Translations under genes and position numbers: made by a program | Notes under the pieces: model-generated | The model's database searches: none | The model's input: the letters and a program-made list of their open reading frames with translations, nothing else | What the model was told of the DNA's origin: nothing | Shown here: positions 1 to 12,725 of the stretch, in pieces | Position numbering within the stretch: the first letter of the stretch is position 1 | How the letters are laid out: the number at the start of each line of letters is the position of its first letter | Assembly: GCF_006345805.1 (NCBI RefSeq) | Contig: NC_043017.1 | Coordinates: forward strand, 9,114,001 to 9,178,000 | Reading direction: 5' to 3' | Length of the DNA stretch: 64,000 bases | From: Octopus sinensis | Lineage: Eukaryota

Positions 1-179
1 CAGAGTTAACTTCCCCACCTATTGTTGGAATTCATTTACAGCTGAGTAGACTGGGGTAATGTGAAATGAAGTGTCTTGTTCAAGAAAACAACATGCCACC
101 CAGAACAGGATTTGAAACCATGACCTTATGCTTGCGAGGACAACACTTTAACCATCAGGCAATGTGCCCTCACTATAAT

Positions 180-582
180 ACTCTTTACTCTCTCTTTTAT
201 TTGTTTCAGTCATTTGACTGTGGCCATGCTGGAGCACCGCCTTTAGTCGAGCAAATCGACCCCAGGACTTATTCTTTGTAAGCCTAGTACTTATTCTATC
301 GGTCTCTTTTGCTGAACCGCTAAGTTACGGGGACGTAAACACACCAGCATCAGTTGTCAAGCGATGTTGGGGGGGACAAACACAGACACACAAACATATA
401 CATACATATATATATATACACAACAGGCTTCTTTCAGTTTCCGTCTACTAAATCCACTCACAAGGCTTTGGTCGGCCCGAGGCTATAGTAGAAGACACTT
501 GCCCAAGGTGCCACACAGTGGGACTGAACCCGGAACCATGTGGTTCGTAAGCAAGCTACTTACCACACAGCCACCCCTACGC
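180..582 (-). mobile_element. tRNA-derived CORE-type SINE, family A (octopus-type)
   Basis: Reverse complement has A-box/B-box-like head TGGCTGTGTGGTAAG...GGTTCAGTCCC, then CCTTGGGCAAGTGTC, an internal TA/TG microsatellite and an (AAAGAGT)-type tail. The same element recurs many times in the window. Confidence 0.85.
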
Positions 583-1326
583 CTACTAATAGTGGTAGTT
601 TAAAAAAAATAGTCAGTGAAGAGGAATGTGAATGACCCAAGGGTTGGAAAAGGATTGTGTGTATGTGGTTATCATAAGAAATAAATGAAAGGACTTGTGC
701 AAGGGCTAAGGAAAAATGAGCTACGACAAATGAAAGTGACCAATGGCATGCGTTTGAATAAAATAGACAAATATTGGTATGTTAAATACCATACAATAAA
801 AATTTCTGATAAATTGAAAATTACTTGTGTCTCTAGAGGATGGAGGTAGTAATTACCAAAAGGCAATTAAAACCAAATCCACTTGAGAAAGGGGAGATAA
901 TCTCGAGAGTTAAGAATTCTCCAGAACAGATATGCCATTGAGGAAGAGGACAGGCTGAGTGTCAGGAGATAAGAAGGACAGGTGTGGACAGGTGTTTCTG
1001 GATCAGTAGCCATCATCAGTTCTCCAGACTTGTACAAGGCATGAATAGGAAAATGTAATCACTTAGGTAATTTGCATAATTTAAAGAAAAAAAGAGGTAA
1101 GAGAAAGCATTCAAAGTGGAGAGAGAGAGAGAAGAGAGAAGAGAGAGAGAGAGAGAGAGAAGAGAGAGAGAGAAAGAAGAGAGAGACAGAGGCTGGCTCT
1201 GTTGTATAGACAGAGAGATGCAGCTAGTTGAGATGTTTGGCTCGTACATTATTGGAAATAATAAGCAAACATAGATAAGAGAGAGAGAGAGAGAGAGAGA
1301 AAAAAGGACGAGTAGAGGCGACTTAC

Positions 1327-1407
1327 CAGTCTTGTGTTGTCAATGGCGACAATGAAATCAAAGAATGCTTCTAGTCCAGCTTTATGGCCAGGAGAACCGT
1401 CTTGAAC
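1327..1407 (-). CDS. GORASP2: GORASP coding exon 2 ([27 protein letters not shown]), start of PDZ1 of the GRASP domain
   Basis: Minus strand: pyrimidine tract TTTCTCTCCTCCAG acceptor (1408-1421), 81-nt open exon, GTAAGT donor (1326-1321). The peptide continues exon 1 in frame and matches the GRASP consensus VQENSPGHxAGLEPFFDFIVxI..RL. Not captured by the ORF track. Confidence 0.96.
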
Positions 1408-2024
1408 CTGGAGGAGAGAAAGAATATCCAGATGTCACGAGAACAATTTACACACACACACACGCAGACACACAGACATCTTCCTGGTCTTGGAAAGTCT
1501 GTAAAGGCAATGGATAAAGCCACCATCTCTAGGGACCAAAATACACAAACGCTGACAGACACATAAATACTCATTCACACACATATTAAAAAAAGCAAAA
1601 AAACAATCACTGTGCTATATATATATAAATTGTTTAAAGCAGACTCAGTGCAGAATAAGCCAGTGGTGGTGGTGGTGGTGGTATAATAGCATTTTTCATG
1701 TAATCCCAAGTTGCAGTTTATTGGCAAAATGTGGATGGTGGTGGTGGTTGTGTCAGGAGGTCTGATTAGGTTAAAGTGGAACCTGTTAACAGTTAAACAA
1801 GGCCGAGAACTTAGGGGTTAAACAACAACCCCAGAAGGGCAAGGGCACCTTTGATAATGTAGTCCAAGATACATAATGCCTGAGGTCTGTTGGATTAAGA
1901 GCTAAACAGCAACAACAACTTTCACTCACAGACCTAAATAAGTAATGTATTTACAGGTGGGTGAGAAGTTGGGTTTGCGTGTGTGTGGGTGTATGGGTTT
2001 GTGTGTGTGTGGGTGTATGGGGGG

Positions 2025-2405
2025 GGCACAAGTATGGCTGTGTAGTAAGAAGCTTGCTTCCCAGTCATATGGTCCTGGGTTCAGTCCCACTGCATGGCAC
2101 CTTGGGCTGACTGAAGCCTTGTGAGTGGATTTGGCAGATGGAAACTGAAAGAAGCCCATTGTATGTATATATATGTGTGTGTGTGTGTCTTTGTGCCTGT
2201 GTTTGTCCCCCAACCACTACTTGGCAACCGGTGTTGGTGTGTTTACATCCTGTAACTTAGTAGTTCAGTAAAAGAAACTGATAGAATAAATATCCGGCTT
2301 AAGGAAAGAATAAATACGGGGATTGATATATTCGACTAAAAAAAATCTTCAAGGTGGTGCCCCAGCATGGCCACAGTCTATGACTGAAACAAACAAAAGT
2401 TAAAA
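2025..2405 (+). mobile_element. SINE family A, CpG-decayed copy
   Basis: Colinear with the 41627 copy, with many CG>TG/CA changes. Confidence 0.8.
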
Positions 2406-2489
2406 GCTACATCCCCCTCCCCCCATGATTAGGTTTGATGCAAAGCACCATGGGAAAGGTCCAGGCTAGGAATATCATTGCAAGAACAA

Positions 2490-2735
2490 CTCTGGAATGA
2501 GGTTGTTCAAGAATGGAGCAGAGTGAAGGGCATGATTGCAGAAAGGTACACAGACACCAGGTGGACATGTGCAGTTGCTGAGTGGCATCCAAGAGATGGG
2601 AAAAGGCCTCCTGGAAGGCTAAATGGACATCTTTGTATCTGTGTATATATAACCTACACAGGAGCTGGTGGAACTGAGCATCAGATAAAGCGCTCTGTAG
2701 AGTGTTTGCGACCAGCATGTCAAGCTTTGACTTGA
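2490..2735 (+). pseudogene. 3' fragment of an RTE-clade LINE ORF
   Basis: Translation RWTCAVAEWHPRDGKRPPGR resembles the RTE C-terminal motif RWxxxxxEWxPxxxKRxxGRP. Confidence 0.6.
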
Positions 2736-2914
2736 AACCAACTCAAGCTCTGCTTTACCTTTGGTCCCACTGGGGTTTATAAAGCAAAGCACCAGTGAAG
2801 AACAGGGTCATTGACTGTAGCAACACTGACCTTAGAATGCAAAGAACCAGTTCATCCTCTAATTCACAAAATAATTGGAACCATTATGTATGCGAGTGTG
2901 TGTGTGTGTGTGTA

Positions 2915-3127
2915 TGTAACCGCGTGTGTACCGTTGCCGATTTTTTCCCCTCCGTCTTCCCTTCTCTGGATCTTTCCTTTTCCTATGTTTCTGACGAAGA
3001 GCTCTGCTCGAAACGTAAAACCCTCCTTCTTCCCTTCCTTCCTGAGCGTCCAATAATACTATATTTGTTCCACGTCCTCGCGTTGTTGTTGTTTTCTCTT
3101 TGTGTTTTCATATTTGGATTAACTTTA
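2915..3127 (+). mobile_element. Short non-coding PLE/retrozyme-like element carrying a minimal hammerhead motif (2987-3021)
   Basis: GTTT-CTGACGA-A-GAGC-TCT-GCTC-GAA-ACGT-A-AAAC. Homologous copies at 11671-11875(-), 23423-23615(-) and 52470-52690(+). This copy ends at TTGGATTAAC next to (TA)n. Confidence 0.7.
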
Positions 3128-3170
<43 letters not shown>

Positions 3171-6100
3171 AAACTGAAGAGTGGAAAATTTGATACATTT
3201 TTAAAAGCCATGGATTTTATTAATGTAAACATGCAGATGTGCTTCACTGGGCATGACTTTGATTATATATCATCATCATTGTTTTACGTCCGTTTTCTAT
3301 GCTAGCATGGGTTAGACACACACGCATATATACACATACATGTAAATGTCAAACAATGGCACTCAATACTGCGTTGGTGGATAAAGGTTACCATTGGTTT
3401 CATGTTAAGAAAATATCTTTCAAGCTGATCACACAGAGAAACTGGTCTTCATTTTAGATTTAGAACACAGAAAGATACATACACATACAAGAGAGAGAGA
3501 GAAAGAAGTAAATAAAATTTTTTTATGTCTGCTAAAAAATGATGATGATCTATGTATCTATTTATATATAAATTATGACATAATGTGACATGTATGATAT
3601 ATAAATATATTGAATACTAAAATAATTAGCTATGCTTTGAATATTTTATTGCATAATGGTCTTAAGTTGTTGAGGGTGAATGTTGTTGCTTAGCTCTGAT
3701 ACAATAGACATCAGGCATTGTGTATCTAGGACTATATTATCAATAGTGTCCTTCCAAGGCTGTTGTCAGCCTAATCCAGTTGACATGTGATTAATATCAA
3801 TCCAACAATAACCAACCTATTCTTTCTGCAGGCATTATGTATCTAGGACTACATTATTGAAAGTGAGCTTCAAAGATGTTTGTTGTTAAACCCCAGGTCA
3901 GCTTTGATCCAGCAGACCTTGTCAACCAGCCTGTTCTTTTCCCAGGCATTATGCATCTAGGGTTACATTATCCAAAGTCAGGGTCAAAGATAGTTGTTTA
4001 ACCCCAGGTTAGCCTTGATCCAGTGGACCTATGATCAGGTGTAATCCTGTCACAATCAGTTTTCTGTTCACTTTTCTTCTACATTATCTAATGTGTGTTG
4101 CCATTTTTTGTAGGGATGTAATTTGAGGCAGATTTGGCTGCCATCTCAGACAGGGTGAGTGAATGACAGTGGTGCTGGTGCTCTAAGTGGTAAACAAGTC
4201 TGAACAAAACAGACAGGTATAGCAGGTATTTCACAACATCAAAGCCTGTGCAACGAGGCATGAAGCCTGGCATACTAAATAACCACTCTACTTTTGGGTC
4301 ACCTATGCTGGAAACAGTAGCTAAATTTTCTGCAAATCACATCTTAATGTCCCCTTGGATTATGAGGCCAGTGCACCCTGCACACAGGGAAAAGATGTGA
4401 TGGTCATAGCAACCACGACACCAACTCTGCACATAAGCAATGGTAGGGGGACAAACACAAACACACACACATACATACATATATCCAATCTTGATCTGGC
4501 AATGTTTCTAAGGCTGGATGCCCTTCCTAATGCCAACCACTCCGAGAGTGTAGTGGGTGCTTTTTACGTGTCACCGGCATGGGGGTCAGTCAGGCGGTAC
4601 TGGCAATGACCTCGCTTGAATCTTTTTACACATGCTACCGGATGGTGCTCTTGGCACCCTATTAGCACGGGCACAAGTGCCAGTAAGGTGACGCTGGTAA
4701 TGATCACATTCGAATGGTGCCTTTGAGCCTGGTGCAGCCATCTGGTTCACCAGCCCTCAGTCAAAATCGTCCAACCCATGCTAGCATGGAAAGTGGACGT
4801 TAAACAATGATGATGATGATGATTATATATACATATGATGGGCTTATTTCAGTTTCCATTCACCAAATCTACTTACAAGGCTTTGGTCGGCCCAAAGCTA
4901 TAGTGGAAGACACTTGCCAAAGGTGCCACGCAGTGGGACTGAACCTAGAACCATGTGATTGGTAAGCAAGCTACTTACCACATAGCCACCCCTGCAGCTA
5001 TACATATATATATATATATATAAGTTCATAAGACACACAACTAATGTTACTGGGTGGGGGTGGGGCTATACTCAATCTCTGAGATAATCTAAGGGCTGGA
5101 ATGCCTTTCACAAGGGGTCAGCTTATTGAGGGCTAATCTACCTACAATATTGACAACACCTGACCTGCAGTACAAACACCACTACTCTCACCACCAACAA
5201 CTCCCCTTCCACCACGACCACCACAAAGAAAAAGCCAGAAGATAAAATGACATTATTAGATACCTGTAACAGGTATCTCTATTGTCTCTCATAAATCACC
5301 TGTACATGAGGTGTGAGTTTATACGTGTGTGTGTATATATGTGTGTGTATGGTGTGTGCATCATTTAGTTGGCTTATTGATTTTATAGCAACAGCTTGTT
5401 TCTGGTGGTGGTGGTGGAAGCAGATGGTTGTTAAGGCCAGACCTGATCCAGCAAGATTATGACCTAATGTATCCCAGAGCCACAACTATCTTGTCTTTTA
5501 TTCAGGCAGAGTGTATCTAGGATTACATTATTCAATGTATCATAGCATTTCTCTGAGATGATAGAGCATAATTTGTGGGAGAGATCTGGCTGCTATTTCT
5601 AGCAGGTTGAACAACCACATAGTGGCACCTGTGACTGTGGTTGTTGTTTAACCCCAAGTCAACCATTAATGAACAGATCCATGGGCAAAGGAAATCCAAC
5701 TGTGACCATCCTGTCTTTGCTATCATATTTGCTGGGTACCACAGGTCAGCATTCTTCTTCACAGTGTCATTGGCACAGGTGTGGCTGTACGGTTAAGAAG
5801 TTTGCTTCCAAACCATGTGGCTTCAGGTTCAGTCCCACAGTGCAGTACCTTGGGCAAAGGACATAGTTCTGAGCCAACCATAGCCTCATGAATAGATTTG
5901 GGTATATTCTCTGAACTGATTTGTCCCTTAATATATATACATATACGTAACCTATATTGCAGCTTTATAAACAAGACTAATTTAGCTGTTTCTCCACAGA
6001 TTGAGAAAAATAATAAACAACTTCAATCAATTTTCAAATCATATTGGATTCTCATCAGAGGCATCAACATCAATTTGACCAATTCCGGAGAAACAAGCAG

Positions 6101-6342
6101 ACAATCTGTTTAAATATTCAATGATTATAATAGCTGTAGAAAAGTGGGTCTACTAATTTGCATAGCGTGTCAACACTTTGTTATACAAACACCAGGGTCC
6201 AGTCAAAGGGGATCTTAGTCAACACAGTATCGAGGTATAAACAGGGCTAATTTAGTTGTTTCTCTGCAGATTGGAAAAATATGATGTGGGACACAAGAGG
6301 GAATGGCATGAGTGTAAGAACTGACCACTTTATATATATATC

Positions 6343-6700
6343 ATCATCATCATCGTTTAACGTCCGTTTTCCGCGCTAGCACGGGTTGGACGGTTCGACC
6401 GGGGTCTGGGAAGCCAGGGGCTGCATCAGGCTCCAGTCTGATCTGGCAGTGTGTCTACAGCTGGATGCCCTTCCTAACGCCAACCACTCCGCGAGTGTAG
6501 TGGGTGCTTTTTACGTGCCAGAGGAGTCTGGCATCAGCCACGATCGGTTGGTGCTTTTAACGTGCCACCGGCACGGAAGCCAGTCAAGGCGGCGCTGGCA
6601 TCGGCCACGTTCGGATGGTGCTTTTTATGTGTCACCGGCACAGAAGCCAGTCGAGGCGGCGCTGGCATCAGCCATGTTCAGATGGTGCTTTTTATGTGCC
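6343..6700 (-). mobile_element. Repeat family D with (GAT)n tail and internal 45-60 bp tandem units (SINE-like, RTE-type tail)
   Basis: Plus strand begins (CAT)n-CGTTTAACGTCCGTTTTCC...GGATGCCCTTCCTAACGCCAACC. Further copies at ~4485-4822, 9481-9800, 10091-10545, 11328-11665 and 16740-16950. Confidence 0.7.
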
Positions 6701-6842
6701 GGTGAGAGAGAGAGATAGATAGATTAAGAAGGAGAAAAGTAGGGAGGCAGAAAGGAGAGAGAAAAGGAGGAAAATTAGGGACAAAAGAAGCAAGCTGGAG
6801 AGGAGAGGAGAGATAGACAAATATAGGGAGGAAGGAAAAAGG

Positions 6843-6875
<33 letters not shown>

Positions 6876-7355
6876 TGGGAGAGAGAGAGAGAGAGAGAGA
6901 TGGGAGAGAGAGAGAGAGAGATGGAGAAATAAAGGGAAGAAAAACAGAAAACAGAGATTAAGAAAGTAAGCTAGAGAAGAAAGGAGAGCGAGAGATAGTG
7001 ACAGAGTGCAGTCTAGACAATAATACAGCATTTTAGCTTCATAATTATATATAATTAGTTGCTAATGAGAGAGTGTGGGGGAGAGAAAGTGACCAGCTAA
7101 TACAAGTTAGCTTAAGCCAACCAATTTTCTTAAACACCACAGTGGACATAGGTCAGTCAGACCAAGAGAGATCAGACTATTTATTCCTTTCCGGAAGATC
7201 CTCACTAACACTTTTGAACTACATGGTCTCTGGTTCAGTCCCACTGTGTGGCACTTTGGACAAATGTCTTCTTGTGTAGCACCAAGCTGACCAAAGCCTT
7301 GAGAATTTGGTAGACGAAAAGTGAAAGAAGCCCATCGTATATATGCATCTGTGTA

Positions 7356-7410
<55 letters not shown>

Positions 7411-8213
7411 GTGTATACACACACATGTGTGTGTGTGAGCATGTGTATGTAAGTGTGTACGTTTGTCTTCCATTGTCTCGACATTGCGTGACTTGTAAAT
7501 CAAAGCCATTCATTCCCAATGTTCTGCAAAAACCATGTCTGGCCAGGGGTGAGGTGGGGGGGATATTCCCTTATTTGGAAAAAGGTGATGGCTGGTGACA
7601 GGGAGGGCATCTGATCAAAGAAAATCTGCCTAAACAAATTCCATCCGACCCATGCAGGCATGGAAAAACAGATGTTAATGTGATGAAACTGTGATTGCTG
7701 TACCTCAGTAGGGTCATGACAGCTTGTTTGCCATCTAACAAACACACACACACCATTAATTACTCATTCAGCTTATAATTGTTTTCCTGAGCTCTACAGC
7801 ATTAGAGATGGTCAGGTCAGGCTTGGGGCTCATGATTGACAAGATCAATATAAATCTGATTGTTGTGAGGGGCAAAAGATCTTTAGTTTTAGGTTTATTG
7901 CCCTTCATCCCTTTTTGCCATGAGGAAGCAGTCTTCAAGAGATCTAAAGAAAAAAAAATGCACAAGAAAAAAATGAAAACTGGTGGTGGTTAATGTTGAA
8001 TTAAATTACTCAGTGAAGGTCATTAGTTTGGAGAGGTTTGCCCTTCATCCTTTTGGGGCCAATGAAGAAAGTACCAGTTTAGCACTTGGGTTGGTGTAAC
8101 CAACCAGGTCCCTCACCCAAAATTTTGGGTCTTGTGCCTATAGTAGAGAATTATTATTATCATCATCATCATTATTATTATATAATTATTATTATTATTA
8201 TTATTATTATATA

Positions 8214-8245
<32 letters not shown>

Positions 8246-8922
8246 CGCTGGGTGAAATGCTTAGCAGTATTTTGTCTGCCACTACATTCTGAGTTCAAAT
8301 TCCTCCAAGGTTGACTTTGCCTTTCATCCTTTTGGGGTCAATTAAGTAAGTACCAGTTACAAACTGGGGCTGATGTAATCGACTTAATCACCTCCTCCAA
8401 GTTGCTCTTGTGGCAAAAATTTGAAATTATTATTATTATTATTATTGCCGGGCGAAATGCTTAGCGGTATTTTGTCTGCTGTTACATTCTCTGTTCAAAT
8501 TCCGCCGAGGTAGACTCTGCCTTTCATCCTTTCAGGGTCGATAAATTAGGGTCGATGTGATCAACTTATCCACTCCCACCCCACCCCAAATTTCAGGCGT
8601 TGAGCTTAAAGTAGAAAGGATTATTATTATTATTAAGGCAGAGAGCTGGCAGAGAAGGATACAGGTGTTTCAAGAAGATTGATCCTGGATGTGAGAAAGA
8701 GAAAGCAGACACAGGTAGACATACACAGGTACAATAGAAACACGTTGGGGGTGTTGAGGCTTGTCTTTCTCCTCTTCTTACGTCTCCTCACCCACCACCA
8801 CCACTATCATCATGCCTCATCTTTACTGCCAATGCTACGTGGAACTTTAACAGGTGTCACACAGGTGTGATAAGTCGATGGTGGTAGCAGTGGTGTGGTG
8901 GGTGTGGGTTTATCAATCACAG

Positions 8923-9155
8923 AAGGCAGCGAGCTGGCAGAAACGTTAGCGCGCTGGGCGAAATGCTTAGCGGTATTTCGTCTGCCGTTACGTTCTGAGT
9001 TCAAATTCCGCCAAGGTCGACTTTGCCTTTCATCCTTTTGGGGTCGATTAAATAAGTACAGTTACGCACTGGGGTTGATATGATCGACTTAATCCATTTG
9101 TCTGTCCTTGGTCGTCCTCTCTGTGTTTATCCCCTTGTGGGTAGTAAAGAAATAG
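8923..9155 (+). mobile_element. tRNA-derived SINE family B (Meta-domain-like)
   Basis: AGGCAGCGAGCTGGCAGAAACGTTAG head, GAGTTCAAATTCC B-box, GCCTTTCATCCTTT..GGGTCGAT..AAGTAC body. More than 15 full or partial copies in the window. Confidence 0.8.
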
Positions 9156-11670
9156 GTGGGTGTGGGTTTATCAATCACAAGATGGTTAATCAAAGACGAA
9201 TAAACAAAAACAATGTGATAATAATAATAATAATAATAATAATAACACAATAATTGTTTCTACTACAGATACAAGACCTAGAATTTTGTGGGAAGGGCTC
9301 TTAGTCAATTACAGCAACTCCAGTACTTGGCTTGTACTTTTTATCATATTGACACTGAAACAATAATGAAGGCAAAGTCCACCTTGACAGAATTTGAATT
9401 CAGAACATAAAGAGCCTGAAGAACTGCTGCTAAGCATTTTGTCCGGTGCATTAACAATTTTGCTGATCAAACACCTTAATTATCATCATCGTTTAACGTC
9501 CGTTTTCCATGCTAGCATGGGTTGGACGGTTCAACTGGGGTCTGGGAAGCCAGGAGGCTGCACCAGGCCCAGTCTGATCTGGCAATGTTTCTACAGCTGG
9601 ATGCCCTTCCTAACGCCAACCACTCCATGAGTGTAGTGGGTGCTTTTTACGTGCCACCGGCATGGGGCCAGACGAGGCTGGCAACAGCCACAATTGGATG
9701 GTGCATTTTACGTGCCACCGGCACGGAGGCCAGTCGGGGCGGCACTGGCAACAGCCACGTTCGGATGGTTCTCTTACGTGCCATCGGCACTGGTATCACA
9801 GCTTAATAATAATCAGAAAGAATTATTATTATTATTATTCTTAGAATGTTGGGGAAAATGTGTAGTGGCATGTTGTCTATCTTTACATTCTAAGTTCAAA
9901 TCCCACCAAGGTTGACTTTGCCTTTCATTCTTTTGAGGTCTTTTGGCACTGGGGCCAATCTTATTGACCTAACCCCCCCTTGAAATTGCTGGCCTTGTGC
10001 CAAAACCTGAGAGTATTATTATTATTCTCAAGATGGCAGACTGGCAGAATCGTTAGCTGGATGAAATGATTAGCAGTATTTCTTCTCTCTCATCATCATC
10101 ATCATTATCATTGTTTGTCTGTTTTCCATGCTGGCATGGGTTGGACGGTTTGACTGGGGACTGGCAAGCCAGGAGACTGCACCAGGATCCAGTCTGATCT
10201 GGAAAGGTTTCTACAGCTGGATGCCCTTCCTAACGCCAACCACTCCGAGAGTGTAGTGGGTGTTTTTTACGTGCCACCGACACGGAGGCCAGTCAGGCAA
10301 CACTGGTATCAGCCATGCTCGAATGGTGCTTTTTATGTGCCATTGGCACAGGAGCCAATCTGGTGGCACTGGCATCAGCCATGCTCGAATGGTGCTTTTT
10401 ATGTGCCATTGGCACAGGAGCCAATCTGGTGACACTGGCATCAGCCATGCTCGAATGGTGCTTTTTACGTGCCACCACCGGCATGGGTGCTAGTCAGGTG
10501 GCACTGGCATTAGCCATGACAGCAATTTTACCTGACTCAATAGGTCTTCTCAAGACCTATTGACCTCATGTTCTAAATTAAAACTCTGCTGAATTTGACT
10601 TTGCCTTTACCATTTTAATGTCAATAAAATAAAATACAAGAGCTGGGGGTCATTGTAATCGACTATCCCCAAAAAGTCTGAAATTCTAGGGGACAGGCTG
10701 AATTAGTTACATCACCTACCCCTCCACCATGCACAACATGTACTAATTTCCTCAACTTGGTTTCTCTTGAAAGGCAAAGTCGACACCAGAATGTAAAGAT
10801 GTAAAAAATTCTGCTAATAATAATAAAAATTTCTAACTTTGGCAACTGGACAACAATTTTGACAAAGGGGATGTAATCGACCCCAGCACTTAACCGGTAC
10901 TTTTATAGACTCTGATAGAATGAAAGCCAAAGTTATCCTCAGCAGCTTTTGAATCCAGGACATGTTCTAATCATTTTGCTAGCTTGTTGGCTTTGACGAG
11001 ATGATGATGATCCTTTCTGCTATAGACACAAGGCCTGAAATCTTGTGTGGAGGGACCAGTTGCTTACACACCCCAGAACTTAATAAGGAATTTATGGCTT
11101 TGAACTGGAAAGGATGAAAGGCAATGTCAACCGCAACAGAGTTTGAACTCAGAAGCAAAGCCAGAAGAAATACCCCTGAGAATTTGTCAGATGCAATGAA
11201 GATTCTGCCAGCAGGGTAGGTGTTCAGGGTGGTGGGTTTTCAGGTAATAGAAACAAGAGAAACACCTGATAATTTCACACTTTATATACACAGAGACATT
11301 AACATGTGTGTGAGTGTGTATATATATATCATCATCGTTTAGCGTCCGCTTTCCATGCTAGCATGGGTTGGATGGTTCAACTGGGGTCTGGGAAGCCAGA
11401 AGGCTGCACCAAGCCCAGTCAGATCTGACAGTGTTTCTACGGCTGGATGCCCTTCCTAACGCCAACCACTCCGTGAGTGTAGTGGGTGCTTTTTACGTGC
11501 CAGACGAGTCTGGCAAACGGCCACAAACGGATGGTGCTTTTTACGTGCTACCGGCACAGGTGCCAGACGAGTCTGGCAAACGGCCACAAACGGATGGTGC
11601 TTTTTATGTGCCACCGGCACGGGGGCCAGGCGGGGCTGGCAACGGCCACGAACGGATGGTGCTTTTTAAA

Positions 11671-11875
11671 GTTAACCCAAACAAGAAAGCACAAAAAATA
11701 CAACAACGCGAAGATGTGGAACAAATATAGTATTATTGGACGCTCACGAAAAAAGGAAAGAAATGGGGTTCAACGTTTCGAGCGGAGCTCTTCGTCGGAA
11801 ACATAGGAGAAGGAAAGATCCAGAGAAGGAAAGACAGAGGGAAAAAATCACCAACGGTACACATGCGGTCACATT
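11671..11875 (-). mobile_element. Second copy of the hammerhead-bearing short element (motif 11768-11802, core CCGACGA)
   Basis: Reverse complement reads GTTT-CCGACGA-A-GAGC-TCC-GCTC-GAA-ACGT-T-GAAC. Confidence 0.7.
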
Positions 11876-12375
11876 TTGAATGAAGTGCATTTATGGTTAT
11901 ATAAATGTGTGTTCACAATCTTGATAAAAAACATCAAATTCTGTCAATTCTGTGCTGCTCTTGGAGGCTGGTTATCTCAATCCCCTGAAGTTGCACAGAA
12001 GAATAACCACCCGTAACATTGTTCCTCAAAGACCTCGTGTCACAACCTGTACGATATGCAGCAAAGCTTGTGTAGCTAGTTCCAAGATTCATAGAGACAT
12101 ATGGTGGAGCTTAGAGTTTGTGTTCCACAAAGTGATCCTATCAATCCTGTGGGAAGCACAACTTCCCTCTGTCCCGTGTTCCATAAACTGTTCAGATCTG
12201 CAGCTGGACTAAATAGTCATTTAGAAGGTTGTGGATGAGGAGAGGATGACAAGCTAGGAACAAGAAGAGACAACAATCATCTGTAAAGATGCTGCTGTCA
12301 TCATCATCATCATATATACATACACAGATTTCTGCTAATAAACACAGAATACATTATATATTGTACTTAGACATA

Positions 12376-12446
<71 letters not shown>

Positions 12447-12725
12447 CATATACATACATATACATACATACATATACATACATACATACATATATATACA
12501 TACATATACATACATATATATACATACATTTATATATATACACACACACACACACATATATATATATACACACACATACACACATATGCGTTTATTAAAA
12601 CATATTCCTTTGTGTATATACATATATTTAAATATTTGTAAATGTTCGTGCATAACACATCCTCCACACACACATTCCTATTGATATACATATAGACATG
12701 CATGTGTGTGTGTATGTGTGTGTCT

